Positions 17,643-27,709 of a stretch of 64,000 bases of DNA are shown one piece after another. Below the pieces are notes generated by a model. That model was not told where the DNA came from. It searched no databases and worked only from the letters and a program-made list of their open reading frames with translations. The first letter of the stretch is position 1; every line of letters starts with the position of its first letter. The position numbers were made by a program, and so were the translations under genes. The DNA is taken from assembly GCA_002790835.1 (NCBI GenBank), contig PFVX01000059.1:723-64722 (forward strand). The letters are read 5' to 3'. Source of the stretch: a bacterium CG_4_9_14_3_um_filter_65_15. Its GTDB lineage: Bacteria > Krumholzibacteriota > Krumholzibacteriia > LZORAL124-64-63.

Positions 17643-19943
17643 TCAGAGCAAGCCGAAACGGCGGCGCAGATACCACTCCACCCCCAGCAACAACACGACC
17701 AGGGCCAGGAAGGGGAATCCCCGCGTCAAGTCATACCGGGAATGCCTTGTCTGGCGCTGTTGCGGCCAAGCTTGTTGCTGGAGATCCCTCATCAAGGCCG
17801 CCACCTGCAGGGAGTCTCCAGAATCCCCGTAGGTTCCCTGGCCTGCCGCAGCCAACTGCACCAACCGCCGCCGATCCTGCCTGACCTGTCGATCCTCGAG
17901 GGAGGACGGGGTCACCACCAGCGTCTGCGGACCGCTGGAAGCACTCGTCTCACCCTGTCCCTCGAGGGTCAGAGTGTAGCTCCCGGCCGCCAGGGGCGGA
18001 ACCCTGACCGTGAAGGCCCCCGTGGCCGGATCCAGCGGACCGGCGGCGAAGGACCGTCCAGGCGTCCCCACATCCGTCAGGGGGACGACCTGAAGGATCA
18101 CCCGGCCTTCCCCGAGGGGAAGGCCCCGCATATCCTGCCAGCTCCCATGAAGGAGGATGGGGCGTCCGGCTGAAGCCAGGGGCAACTCGCTTTCGAAGCG
18201 CAAACCACCTGTCTGTTCACCCGTACCGAGCCAGACCAGCAAATTGCGCAGCAGCCTGCGGCCCGGTTGCTGCTCCGATGCCGTCCGCAACGCTCCCGGA
18301 GCCTTCCAAAATGCCGCCGGCCACAGGGCGTCACCGCCAAACCACGCAACCCTGCCCCGGCCCTGCTCACCCAGCACCAAGGCCGCTGCAGCCGGACCGG
18401 ATCCGGAGCGGCCGTCAAGCAGGACGACGGCAGCCTCCTGGGGGGTCACCGGAATGATCCCATGCAAGGGAGGCAGGGATTCCCAATGACTTCCGGGATT
18501 TCCCGGACCGGAACCCAGACCCGCCAGGACGGGGTGTCCGGCAGCCCCGGGACGAACGGACAGGGCAAACTCGCCCTCTCGCCAACGCAAACCTCGACTG
18601 CCGAGGGGCAACAGCTCCGAGATCACCTCGGGCAACCCCGGCAGAGCCCCGGTTGGTGCCTCGCGAAAACCGGGCCCCGGCAGGAACATCAGGCCCAGTC
18701 CGTCGTGGACCGCCTGGGCCAGCCACTGCCAAGACACAGGATCCACAGACCCCGGCCACGCGGCGAAATCCAGAACCACCCCGTCGTATTCCCCCCACCC
18801 TGCGGCCGTGGTGGGCCAACTCCAGGGTATCAGGCTGTCCGCAAGAACCAGGCCCTGCGGACCGGGGAAGACGACCTCAAGCCGCAGCCGTGGCTCCTGC
18901 AGGCCGGCCTGGGTCAGGAATCGCCCATCCCAGCCAGGCGCAAGGTCCAGCAACAATACCCGGGACCGTTCTTTGCGGACGGTCACTCCCAGTGACACCT
19001 GGTTGTTGGCGGGGAAACGCTCGTTGCCCAGGGACGAGACGGCCAGGGTCATCACCTGGAGGCCTTCCCGGCGCGGAGTGAACGAAAGCTCCAGGGGCAC
19101 CGATCCTCCGGGATCGGCAATCGTCTTGCGCGCCAGCGTCCCCTCCTGGTCGCTCAGAACGACGGTCAAGCTGTCACCCGGAGCCGCCCGGTGGAACATC
19201 TGTTCCACGGTGCACGCGACCACGACCTCATCATCCTTATGCACCAGCCGAGGGTAACGCAGGCCGCTGATCAACCGATCCATCGGGCCGACCGGATCCC
19301 CTACCCCCAAGACATGGAAACTCGCCGTGGAGGGACCGGGTCGGCGGCCGGAGGCCGGAACGGAATCGACATCGGGCTGGTCATCTTCCTCGCACCCGTC
19401 ACTGATGACCACGACGGCGCCGACCGGCCGGCCCCGACGCTGCGCCAAGGAGCTTGAAACAAGGCCATCCAGGTCGGTCCCCAGCGCTGCCGGCGGTGTG
19501 AGGCCCCCCGCATCCGGGGCAAAGTCGCGGGATTCCAGCAGGCCGTTTCCGCGCACGAAAATCGCATCCAGGGGTGGGTAGTTGGCGCGGGAAACCTCCT
19601 GCAGCCGCCTGCAGAGGGACAGGGCACGCTCCCAGCGGGAAACGCCCGCCGCTTGCGCCGCCGTGGGGGCGGCCGACAGGTTCATGCTGGCCGAATCCTC
19701 TACCAGGACCAGCAACTCCGGCCTTTCGGTCATGACATTGACGCGGGACAGGAACGGGCTGCCCAACGCCATCACCAGGCACCCCAATGCCAATCCGCGC
19801 AGCCAGACCAGGATTCGGCGATTGTTGCGGCCCGGATTCGGCGCGGTCCGACCGTAGGTCGTGACCGTGAAAACGACGGCCCCTGCCGCCAAGACCAGCA
19901 GCAGGGGCCACATCCACAATCCAAGGGACCAGTGGAGGATCAC
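17643..19943 (-). CDS. Membrane-anchored vWA-domain protein with Ig-like and class I glutamine-amidotransferase-like domains
   Basis: N-terminal TM pair, MIDAS-like VEDSASM and VVVISDG, ERFPANN Ig module, GAT-like region, C-terminal TM LLLGVEWYLRRRFGLL. Confidence 0.8.
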   Translation of the reverse strand: MILHWSLGLWMWPLLLVLAAGAVVFTVTTYGRTAPNPGRNNRRILVWLRGLALGCLVMALGSPFLSRVNVMTERPELLVLVEDSASMNLSAAPTAAQAAGVSRWERALSLCRRLQEVSRANYPPLDAIFVRGNGLLESRDFAPDAGGLTPPAALGTDLDGLVSSSLAQRRGRPVGAVVVISDGCEEDDQPDVDSVPASGRRPGPSTASFHVLGVGDPVGPMDRLISGLRYPRLVHKDDEVVVACTVEQMFHRAAPGDSLTVVLSDQEGTLARKTIADPGGSVPLELSFTPRREGLQVMTLAVSSLGNERFPANNQVSLGVTVRKERSRVLLLDLAPGWDGRFLTQAGLQEPRLRLEVVFPGPQGLVLADSLIPWSWPTTAAGWGEYDGVVLDFAAWPGSVDPVSWQWLAQAVHDGLGLMFLPGPGFREAPTGALPGLPEVISELLPLGSRGLRWREGEFALSVRPGAAGHPVLAGLGSGPGNPGSHWESLPPLHGIIPVTPQEAAVVLLDGRSGSGPAAAALVLGEQGRGRVAWFGGDALWPAAFWKAPGALRTASEQQPGRRLLRNLLVWLGTGEQTGGLRFESELPLASAGRPILLHGSWQDMRGLPLGEGRVILQVVPLTDVGTPGRSFAAGPLDPATGAFTVRVPPLAAGSYTLTLEGQGETSASSGPQTLVVTPSSLEDRQVRQDRRRLVQLAAAGQGTYGDSGDSLQVAALMRDLQQQAWPQQRQTRHSRYDLTRGFPFLALVVLLLGVEWYLRRRFGLL

Positions 19944-19949
19944 GACGAA

Positions 19950-22643
19950 CTACTTTTCCGCAGCCAGGCGTTCCTGGGCCACGACCTGGCCGGCGGCCAG
20001 ACGGGCGATGGGCACCCGGAAGGGGGAGCAACTCACGTAGTCCAACCCCGTTTGATGGCAGAACGTCACCGAACTCGGGTCGCCACCGTGTTCGCCGCAG
20101 ATACCCAGGTGGATATCCGGGTTTGTCCGGCGTCCCTTCTCACAGGCCATGGCCACCAGTTGCCCCACGCCTTCGGTATCCAGCCGCTGGAACGGGTCGG
20201 AGGGCAGAATGCCCCACTTGACGTAATCCGGCAGGAACACGCCGGCATCGTCACGGCTGTAGCCGAAAGTCATCTGGGTCAGGTCGTTGGTGCCGAAGCT
20301 GAAGAAATCCGCATCTTCGGCCATCTGGTCGGCGAGCAGGGCCGCCCGCGGGATTTCGATCATGGTGCCCACCAGGAAATCCACCTCGGTACCGCACTGG
20401 GCGATGACCTCGGCGGCCACCCGCAGGGTCATCTGTCGCAAATCGGACAGCTCCCGCTTGGCACCGGTCAGGGGGATCATGATCTCCGGCTGCACATCCA
20501 CACCGTTCTTCTTGACCGCACAGGCGGCGCCGATGATCGCCTCCACCTGCATCTCGTAGATCTCGGGATAGGTCAGGCCCAGCCGGCACCCGCGATGCCC
20601 GAGCATGGGATTCATCTCGTGCAGGGACTCGATCTTCTGTTCGATGGACTCCACGGACACGCCCATTTCCTTGGCCAGATCCTTGATGTCGTCCGGGGCG
20701 GTGGGCAGGAACTCGTGCAGGGGCGGATCCAGCAGGCGGATCGTCACCGGCAAACCGTCCATGGCCGTAAAAATGCCTTCGAAGTCCTCCTGCTGCATGG
20801 GCTTGATCTTCAGCAGGGCGGCACGCCTTGCCTCCACGTTCTCCGCGAGGATCATCTCGCGCATCTTCATGATGCGGTCCTCCCCGAAGAACATGTGTTC
20901 GGTACGGCACAGACCGATACCCTGCGCGCCGAACTCGCGGGCCTGCTCGGCATCATGAGGGGTGTCGGCGTTGGTCCGCACCCTCAGGCGGCGCATCTCG
21001 TCGGCCCAGGCCATGACCGTCACCAGGTTGGGGTCGTCCATGTGCGGGGGAACCAGGGCGGGAGCACCCTTGATCACCTGGCCGGTGGTGCCGTTGATCG
21101 TGAGCATGTCCCCGGCGTGGAAGGTCTGCCCGCCGATGGTCATGACCTTCTTCTCGTTGTCCACGAACATCTCGCCGCAACCGGCCACGCAGGGCTTGCC
21201 CATGCCGCGGGCCACCACGGCCGCGTGGCTGGTCATGCCCCCCCGACTGGTGAGAATGCCCTCGGCCACGTTCATGCCGGCGATGTCCTCGGGGCTGGTT
21301 TCGCGCCGGACCAACAACACCTTCTTGCCGGTGGCCGCGACCTCGACCGCGTCCTCGGCGCTGAAGACGACCAGGCCCTGGGCCGCCCCGGGCGAAGCCG
21401 GCAACCCCGAACTCAGGACGTCGAGGGGCGCATCGGGGTCGATCTGGTCGTGCAACATCTGATCCAGATGGTCGGGCTCAACCAGCAGCAGGGCGTCTTC
21501 CTTGCCGACCAGGCCTTCGCTGAACATTTCGGCTGCGATCCGGATGGCCGAAACCCCGGTGCGCTTGCCGTTCCGGGTCTGCAGCATCCACAGCCGCCCG
21601 TCCTGGATGGTGAACTCGATATCCTGCATGTTGTGGTAGTGCTCTTCGAGCTTGGCGCGGATTTCCAGCAGGGTGGAATAGGCCTTGGGCATGGCTTCCT
21701 CGAGGGTGGGCAGGTCCTTGGCCTCGTTGCCGTCGGGCAGGTTCCCACGCCCGTGGTTGTTCAGCTGCTGGGGCGTCCGAGTCCCGGCCACCACATCCTC
21801 GCCCTGGGCGTTGATCAGGAATTCACCGTAGAACTCGCGCTCACCCGTGGAGGGGTCGCGGGTGAAGGCCACCCCCGTGGCGGAATTCTCACCCATGTTC
21901 CCGAAAACCATGGTTTGCACGTTGACCGCCGTACCCCAATCCACCGGGATGTGGTTGATGCGGCGATATTCGATGGCGCGTTCCACGTTCCAGCTCTCGA
22001 ACACGGCCCGCACGCCGCCCCAGAGCTGGTCCCAGGGGTCGGAGGGAAAATCGGTACCGGTGTGCGTCTTGACCAGACCCTTGAAGGTGGCGATGAGTTC
22101 CTGCAGGTCGGCCACCGTCAATTCGGTGTCGAGCTTGACCCCGCGCGCGGCCTTGATGTCGTCGATGGCGTGTTCGAAAACTTCTCCCGCAACCCCCATC
22201 ACCACGTCGCCGAACATCTGAACAAGGCGCCGATAGCAGTCATAGCTGAAACGCTCGTTACCGCTGATCTCGACCAGGCCCAGGACGGTCTCATCGTTGA
22301 GGCCGAGGTTCAGCACGGTATCCATCATACCGGGCATGGAAACGCGGGCACCGGACCGGACCGAGAACAACAGGGGATCGGAAGTGGAACCGAATTTCTT
22401 GCCCATGATGCCTTCGACGCGTGCGACGGCCGCTTGCACGTCCTTCATCAACTCGGAACTGAGCTGCCGGGCTTCCTGGTAGACATTGCACTCGGCGGTG
22501 GTGATGGTGAATCCGGGCGGAACCGGAATCCCGAGGCTGGTCATCTCGGCCAGGTTGGCACCCTTACCGCCAAGCAGGTTCCGCATGTCGGCCTTGCCGT
22601 CTGCATGGCCCTCACCAAAGAAATAAACCTTCATGTCGCTCAT
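19950..22643 (-). CDS. ppdK: Pyruvate phosphate dikinase
   Basis: LLGGKGANLAEM, SVRSGARVSMPGMMDTVLNLG, phospho-His motif GGMTSHAAVVARG, GLCRTEHMF, FSFGTNDLTQ, GICGEHGG; RBS GGAG before ATG 22643. Confidence 0.98.
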   Translation of the reverse strand: MSDMKVYFFGEGHADGKADMRNLLGGKGANLAEMTSLGIPVPPGFTITTAECNVYQEARQLSSELMKDVQAAVARVEGIMGKKFGSTSDPLLFSVRSGARVSMPGMMDTVLNLGLNDETVLGLVEISGNERFSYDCYRRLVQMFGDVVMGVAGEVFEHAIDDIKAARGVKLDTELTVADLQELIATFKGLVKTHTGTDFPSDPWDQLWGGVRAVFESWNVERAIEYRRINHIPVDWGTAVNVQTMVFGNMGENSATGVAFTRDPSTGEREFYGEFLINAQGEDVVAGTRTPQQLNNHGRGNLPDGNEAKDLPTLEEAMPKAYSTLLEIRAKLEEHYHNMQDIEFTIQDGRLWMLQTRNGKRTGVSAIRIAAEMFSEGLVGKEDALLLVEPDHLDQMLHDQIDPDAPLDVLSSGLPASPGAAQGLVVFSAEDAVEVAATGKKVLLVRRETSPEDIAGMNVAEGILTSRGGMTSHAAVVARGMGKPCVAGCGEMFVDNEKKVMTIGGQTFHAGDMLTINGTTGQVIKGAPALVPPHMDDPNLVTVMAWADEMRRLRVRTNADTPHDAEQAREFGAQGIGLCRTEHMFFGEDRIMKMREMILAENVEARRAALLKIKPMQQEDFEGIFTAMDGLPVTIRLLDPPLHEFLPTAPDDIKDLAKEMGVSVESIEQKIESLHEMNPMLGHRGCRLGLTYPEIYEMQVEAIIGAACAVKKNGVDVQPEIMIPLTGAKRELSDLRQMTLRVAAEVIAQCGTEVDFLVGTMIEIPRAALLADQMAEDADFFSFGTNDLTQMTFGYSRDDAGVFLPDYVKWGILPSDPFQRLDTEGVGQLVAMACEKGRRTNPDIHLGICGEHGGDPSSVTFCHQTGLDYVSCSPFRVPIARLAAGQVVAQERLAAEK

Positions 22644-22734
22644 GACTCCTCCAGGAGTTCGTGCCGGCCTTCCGAGACCCGGCAATCTGACACATCCTCG
22701 GCACGGCGGCCCGCGCGGTCGCCTTGTCTGCCCC

Positions 22735-22769
22735 AAAAAACCGGGGCACGGGTCGCCGACCCGCACCCC
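22735..22769 (-). terminator. Rho-independent terminator ending the lipoprotein-lipoprotein-propeller operon
   Basis: Minus strand GGGGUGCGGGUC-GGC-GACCCGUGCCCC (12-bp stem with two G.U pairs that form only on this strand), then GG and U6. Confidence 0.8.
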
Positions 22770-22807
22770 AATATTCAACAACGGTCGCCTTCGTGCAACC
22801 CGGTCTT

Positions 22808-25141
22808 TTAGCGAATAACTATCAGCCTTCCCCAGTATTCCTCGCGCTGGGGCATGACCACCTTGTAAATGTAGACGCCGGGGGCCACGGACTGCTGATC
22901 GCGGTTTTCCGTGTTCCAGTAGATTTGACCGCCCTTCATCAATTCGGGGCCGAGCTCCATGACATCGTCACCAGCGGCGGTGAAAACCTGAATCCGGGAA
23001 TCCTGCGGCAGGTTGGTAAAGACCACCGAACGGCCTTCAAAGCCGGGAAGCCCGGCGCCCGGCCGCAAGGGATTGGGAAATACATAGATCTCATCCCCCC
23101 CGGTATCCGGGGCCGCTCCCAGGTTGACCTGAACGAAGCTCTGGTTCCCGGTACCGTTGAAGAGGGAATTTTCGTCGCCCTGCCACCGCGGAGAGAAAAG
23201 CATGGTGTTGGTGGTGTTCTCCACCGTGGTCAGGGCGGTATTCCCGTAATCAAAAGTCGTCACGGAATAGTAGTAGGAGAAACCGTTGTAGACTTCGGAA
23301 TCGAAGAATCGCAAGGTATCGGATCCGGCGTCGGTCCCCGAGAAACACGCTGCGCGTTTTTCCTTGAAACACCGGGGAATGGGCAGAATGTCCGGACCAC
23401 CGCAGTAACCTTCCTGGCAGGATTCGGGGTTCACCAGGTCGTAGAGTCCGATCAATACCGGATGCTCCGGGTCGGCGGAAGGGGAACGCCAGACGGCCCA
23501 ACCCTGGAAGGTCTGACACACCAAACGAAATTCATCGTTAGGTTCGACAGAACCGCTACCGAAGGACATCATCAAACCCAAATCCAGGCTCCGCAATTCG
23601 GGCGAAGTACCCGAGGTATAGGTGTCGGATAAGTTCAAAACCGAACCGGCCTGATACACACCGCCGGCATAGGTTGCCAGCAGGATGTCGCCGTCAGCGG
23701 TTCCTGCGTTCCTGAAATTCAGCGCCGTGGCCAATTCGGGGGCCCCGTCCCACCGCTCCCAGGTGGCGCCATAATCCAGGCTGCGCAGGAGATCGAAGCC
23801 ATCCTCCAGGGCATACAGCACCTCGGGATTGGCCGAATCGGCCAGAAGACGCACTCGCGTCACTTTTGCGAGATTACTCTGGCCCGCCAAATTCGTTTGC
23901 TGCCAGGTCAGGCCCCCATCAGTGGTCCGGTATAGACCTTTCTGGGCAACCGCCATGACGATGACATCAGGATCCGCGTCACTGGTGACGCAGGAAAGCG
24001 CGTTGTTGATCCACTCCCCGGTCACGTCGGGATTCGCCACCAGAAGGTCCCCGTAAAGGTCGTGCCAGGTGGCGCCGTCATCGGTGCTCTCAAAGACTCC
24101 GTGAAACTGAAGGCTGGCCAGGAGGCGGTTCGGACGCACGGGGTCGCGATACAGGTCATTGACCACCGGATCGACCAGAACCTGAATCTCCGCATCCAGG
24201 TTTTCGAGGACCTGAAGGGGAACCCGGGAGAAACCCGCACCGCCGTCGTTTGAGCGGAAAAAGCCGAAATTATCCACGTGGACAAAGATGCTGTTGCCTG
24301 ACCAGACCAGGGAACGCACAGGGAACTGATTGGGCATCGGCTCGAATCCCGGATCCAATTGAGTCGTCAACTGGGTAAAACTCGCCCCGCCGTCATGGGT
24401 GAGAAAGAGACCTTTGGTCTTCGTCCCAACCAGAAAAGTGGCCGGATCAACCGGCGAAGTGGCGAGCCGGGTGACAAGGGTGGAACTGTTGAAGGTCCCC
24501 TCCGCGATGCGGGTCCAGCCGGCCCCCTGGTTCATGAAGAGCCCCACCGGGCCGATCTCAAAAGTCGAGCCATTCGTCAAAGCTGCGATCAGATCCCCAT
24601 CGGGGTTTTCCGCGAAGGCAACCACATTGACCTGCCTCCACGTCAGAGGAAGACCCTGGTTGAGTTGGCTCCACTCCTGGCTCTGGGCATCGTAGCGCCA
24701 GAAGCCGCCGTTGTTGGCCAGATTCAGCACCCCTTCGAAGGCACCGTTCCGGGAAGACCCCTGGTGAGTCCAGGTAAAGCGCAAGGGCGCACCCTGGGCT
24801 GATCCGATAACCCCGGAATTCAGGGTGGTGAAGCGGAAAACCCTGTCCACCTGGTCACCGAAACCACCGGAGACATCCACCGGGAAGCCAAGCCCGGTCG
24901 TATCGCGCAGAGTGAAGCAGGTGGCTTCGGAAATATCCAGGTTCGGCCAGCTGATCACCATTCCCAGGGGTTCGGTGGTCTGGAAATCCAGATGCACGGA
25001 TTTCGGGGAAATCAGGTAGAGGGAGTCTGCTGCACAGGCACTTTCCGGAGTCTGGGCCCCTGCCGTGGACGCCACGGTCAGCAAAACGCCGACGGCCAGG
25101 CACAGCCCGGACCGCTGGAAAATGGCGCTTCCGATCTTCAT
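22808..25141 (-). CDS. Secreted Asp-box (BNR) beta-propeller protein with FN3-like segment and T9SS-like CTD
   Basis: Signal peptide; five Asp boxes (THDGGASF, SNDGGAGF, STDDGATW, TTDGGLTW, SLDYGATW); FQGWAVWRS...NGFSYYYSVTTFD; CTD IYVFPNP...VAPGVYIYKV...LIVIR. Confidence 0.8.
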   Translation of the reverse strand: MKIGSAIFQRSGLCLAVGVLLTVASTAGAQTPESACAADSLYLISPKSVHLDFQTTEPLGMVISWPNLDISEATCFTLRDTTGLGFPVDVSGGFGDQVDRVFRFTTLNSGVIGSAQGAPLRFTWTHQGSSRNGAFEGVLNLANNGGFWRYDAQSQEWSQLNQGLPLTWRQVNVVAFAENPDGDLIAALTNGSTFEIGPVGLFMNQGAGWTRIAEGTFNSSTLVTRLATSPVDPATFLVGTKTKGLFLTHDGGASFTQLTTQLDPGFEPMPNQFPVRSLVWSGNSIFVHVDNFGFFRSNDGGAGFSRVPLQVLENLDAEIQVLVDPVVNDLYRDPVRPNRLLASLQFHGVFESTDDGATWHDLYGDLLVANPDVTGEWINNALSCVTSDADPDVIVMAVAQKGLYRTTDGGLTWQQTNLAGQSNLAKVTRVRLLADSANPEVLYALEDGFDLLRSLDYGATWERWDGAPELATALNFRNAGTADGDILLATYAGGVYQAGSVLNLSDTYTSGTSPELRSLDLGLMMSFGSGSVEPNDEFRLVCQTFQGWAVWRSPSADPEHPVLIGLYDLVNPESCQEGYCGGPDILPIPRCFKEKRAACFSGTDAGSDTLRFFDSEVYNGFSYYYSVTTFDYGNTALTTVENTTNTMLFSPRWQGDENSLFNGTGNQSFVQVNLGAAPDTGGDEIYVFPNPLRPGAGLPGFEGRSVVFTNLPQDSRIQVFTAAGDDVMELGPELMKGGQIYWNTENRDQQSVAPGVYIYKVVMPQREEYWGRLIVIR

Positions 25142-25216
25142 GCACACTGCCTTTCGCAAGAAAATCCGGCGGCCCGCGGACACCCCGCAAACGGGGTGTC
25201 CCGGCAGCCGAGTCGC

Positions 25217-27670
25217 TTACTGGTTAAGGTCGATCCCGAAATAACTCAACACCCACCGAATGGTCTTCTTGGTCCCCGCTTCGTCGAACCGGTAGGGATC
25301 AAAGCCCCAGTAGACATCGGCACGCGCGACACCCGGTTTTTCCGCAGCCATCTTGTAGGAAAAATACCCGAACGTCCGCCCGTTGGTCCAGGCACTGGAC
25401 CTTGGGTGTCCATTGTAATCGGTCAAGGCCTGGGTGCCGCACTCGGTAACCAATTCGTCGGTGCTGTACGTGCTGGTCGGCCATTCCGCATCGCCCTGCC
25501 GCCACCGGAGTTCCCGGAGCCAGTCGAAACGGGCGATTCCCTTGAACATGGGCTCGATGCATCGGCCGTTCGGAGCTTCCGAGGAGTCGCAATTCTGCAG
25601 GATGATGCCCGTGCGCTCGCTGATGCTCTCGTTGACGAACTCGTCCTTCGTGAACTTGAAGTTCAAGGTGCCGAGCTTGAGCGTGTCCGCATCCACCGCA
25701 GAGTAATCGTGCCAGTCGATATCCGGATTGGTCCACATGGTGTCAGGAATCACCCCCGGGCCGATGCCGTGGTTGAGCTTGAAGGCCGGATCGAGCGCCA
25801 GTCCCTTCAGGCCGACACACGCCGACTTCCGGTCCTGTCCCGCCGAAACCGGTCTGCCGTAGATGTACTTGCTGGCCGGAGCGGTCCAGTCCAGGGCCGT
25901 GATCCCGGCGGTGGCATAGGGATACATGAGCGGCCCCCGATACACCTCGGTCCCGTCAGGAAGCGTGCGGGTACCGAAACCGATGGTGTAATCCGTGCCT
26001 CCGACGAGCAGGGTGGTCTCCTTGGAATCGAAGATGACGGGCACGGAATAGCGGGCGAATGACGGCAGGAAGGATTCCATGCTGGCCTGCCCCACCAGGA
26101 AGAAATTCCCTCCCCGAAACTGATACGGCGTCAACCAGACAAACCTGTCCTGGTTGTTCACGGGTCGGAACTTCTTGAACATCAACTGGGAATCGTTGTA
26201 CTCGGCATAGCAGAGAACAGCGCTGTATTCGACGATATCGGAATACTCGACCTGGTCACTGTCCTCCCTCCAATCCTTGGACCAATCGATATCGGCGACA
26301 CCACCCTGGATGTCGTCGAGGAACCGCCAATAGGCATTGCGGAACACTTCCTTGTTTCGGGAAACATTCTGCCGGTCCCGCCAGTTGTCGACATACTCAT
26401 CGATCACCTGGTCCACGATCAGCAATGGCCGCTGGAAAGCCGGATCCACGTAGGGAATGACCTGGATATTCCGGGTGACCAGCAGAACATAGTCCGAATC
26501 GTCCACAACCCGCAGATAGAAGGTATGGGTACCCTCGGTGAAGACCCGCTCGGTATCGAACAGGTTTTGCCGCGAAGTACCAGCCGGAACAGCCCATTGT
26601 TGATCGGCGGGATCGTCGGGGTTGGTCAGATCCCAGCCGTGCCGGTAGGAAACGATTTCCCCGCCGTAGGAACTGGCATCGGCCGACCATACGAAATTGA
26701 TGGGCTGTCCCGAGGCCACTTCGGCGTCCTGGTAGCCCGTGTTGAGGAAGGGCTCGTCCAGCACCAGTGCGGGCTTGAAGACACCCTGAACGGTCACATG
26801 GGCGACTTCCTGTTGCCAGCCCAGCCCCACACTGACGGCCCCGGCTGTGTCCTGGACCTGCACGGCGAAGAAGTAGTAGGCTCGGTTTTCCTGATTCCGG
26901 AACTTGACCTTGCGCTTATCGATATCGGCGCTGTAGGGCCGCCAATCCGACCAGTCGGGGTCGTCGAAGGATATGAGTCCCGGGGTATGTTCGTAAGCGT
27001 ACCTGGTCGTGACGAATTCACCCGCAGAGTCCAGGGCCTTTTTCCAGAGGTAGCGGACCTTGGTGGGGGTCTTGAGGTCGAAATCCGGGTCTTCTCCCAC
27101 CCAGCCGATATTGACCGTGGACGGAACCTTCTTGGGGTCCCTGGAACTCGTAAGATTCTTGTAAGCGACCTGGCAGGTCGGCACCAACGTCGTGGAAGTG
27201 AAGGAGATGTAGGCGGGTGAAGGGTCCTTCGCCCCATCTTCATCCACGGCGCGGATAAACAGGGAATGGGAGCGGAAACTGCGCGGGTCGGCCTCGGGAT
27301 CACCCGGGAAACCGGGTTGGTCCGCCAGCAGGATGAAAACCGAATCGGTTGCGGTCGTGAAGCGCCAGGGGTGCAGAATCGCCCCGGTCAGAGGGTCCAC
27401 GGTCAGAGTGTCGCGGGGGGAGATTCCGTCCAGCCCGTTGTCACTGACCTTCCACTCATACCCCTTGAGCTTCCCGTCCGGGTCCGAGCCGGTCCAGAAG
27501 AACTCAACCGCGAAACCGGCCTCGAGCAGGGTGGGCGGCTGGGCGACCATGCGCGTGTCGGGCCTGGCATTGGGAATTTTCACACCGCCGAGCTTGGTGT
27601 CAGCCGAACAGGCCACGAGCCCGGCCATCAGCACTCCCCAGCAAACCACCTGCAGAATGCGCCTCATCAT
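25217..27670 (-). CDS. Large lipoprotein B (Ig/FN3-like repeats plus GAT-like C-terminal domain)
   Basis: Lipobox LVA-C; NARPDT...FWTGSDPDG...AVDEDGAKDPSPA module; RBS GAGGAG before ATG 27670. Confidence 0.75.
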   Translation of the reverse strand: MMRRILQVVCWGVLMAGLVACSADTKLGGVKIPNARPDTRMVAQPPTLLEAGFAVEFFWTGSDPDGKLKGYEWKVSDNGLDGISPRDTLTVDPLTGAILHPWRFTTATDSVFILLADQPGFPGDPEADPRSFRSHSLFIRAVDEDGAKDPSPAYISFTSTTLVPTCQVAYKNLTSSRDPKKVPSTVNIGWVGEDPDFDLKTPTKVRYLWKKALDSAGEFVTTRYAYEHTPGLISFDDPDWSDWRPYSADIDKRKVKFRNQENRAYYFFAVQVQDTAGAVSVGLGWQQEVAHVTVQGVFKPALVLDEPFLNTGYQDAEVASGQPINFVWSADASSYGGEIVSYRHGWDLTNPDDPADQQWAVPAGTSRQNLFDTERVFTEGTHTFYLRVVDDSDYVLLVTRNIQVIPYVDPAFQRPLLIVDQVIDEYVDNWRDRQNVSRNKEVFRNAYWRFLDDIQGGVADIDWSKDWREDSDQVEYSDIVEYSAVLCYAEYNDSQLMFKKFRPVNNQDRFVWLTPYQFRGGNFFLVGQASMESFLPSFARYSVPVIFDSKETTLLVGGTDYTIGFGTRTLPDGTEVYRGPLMYPYATAGITALDWTAPASKYIYGRPVSAGQDRKSACVGLKGLALDPAFKLNHGIGPGVIPDTMWTNPDIDWHDYSAVDADTLKLGTLNFKFTKDEFVNESISERTGIILQNCDSSEAPNGRCIEPMFKGIARFDWLRELRWRQGDAEWPTSTYSTDELVTECGTQALTDYNGHPRSSAWTNGRTFGYFSYKMAAEKPGVARADVYWGFDPYRFDEAGTKKTIRWVLSYFGIDLNQ

Positions 27671-27709
27671 GACGTTTCTCCTCGATCCATTGGTCGCCAA
27701 ACTCTATGG

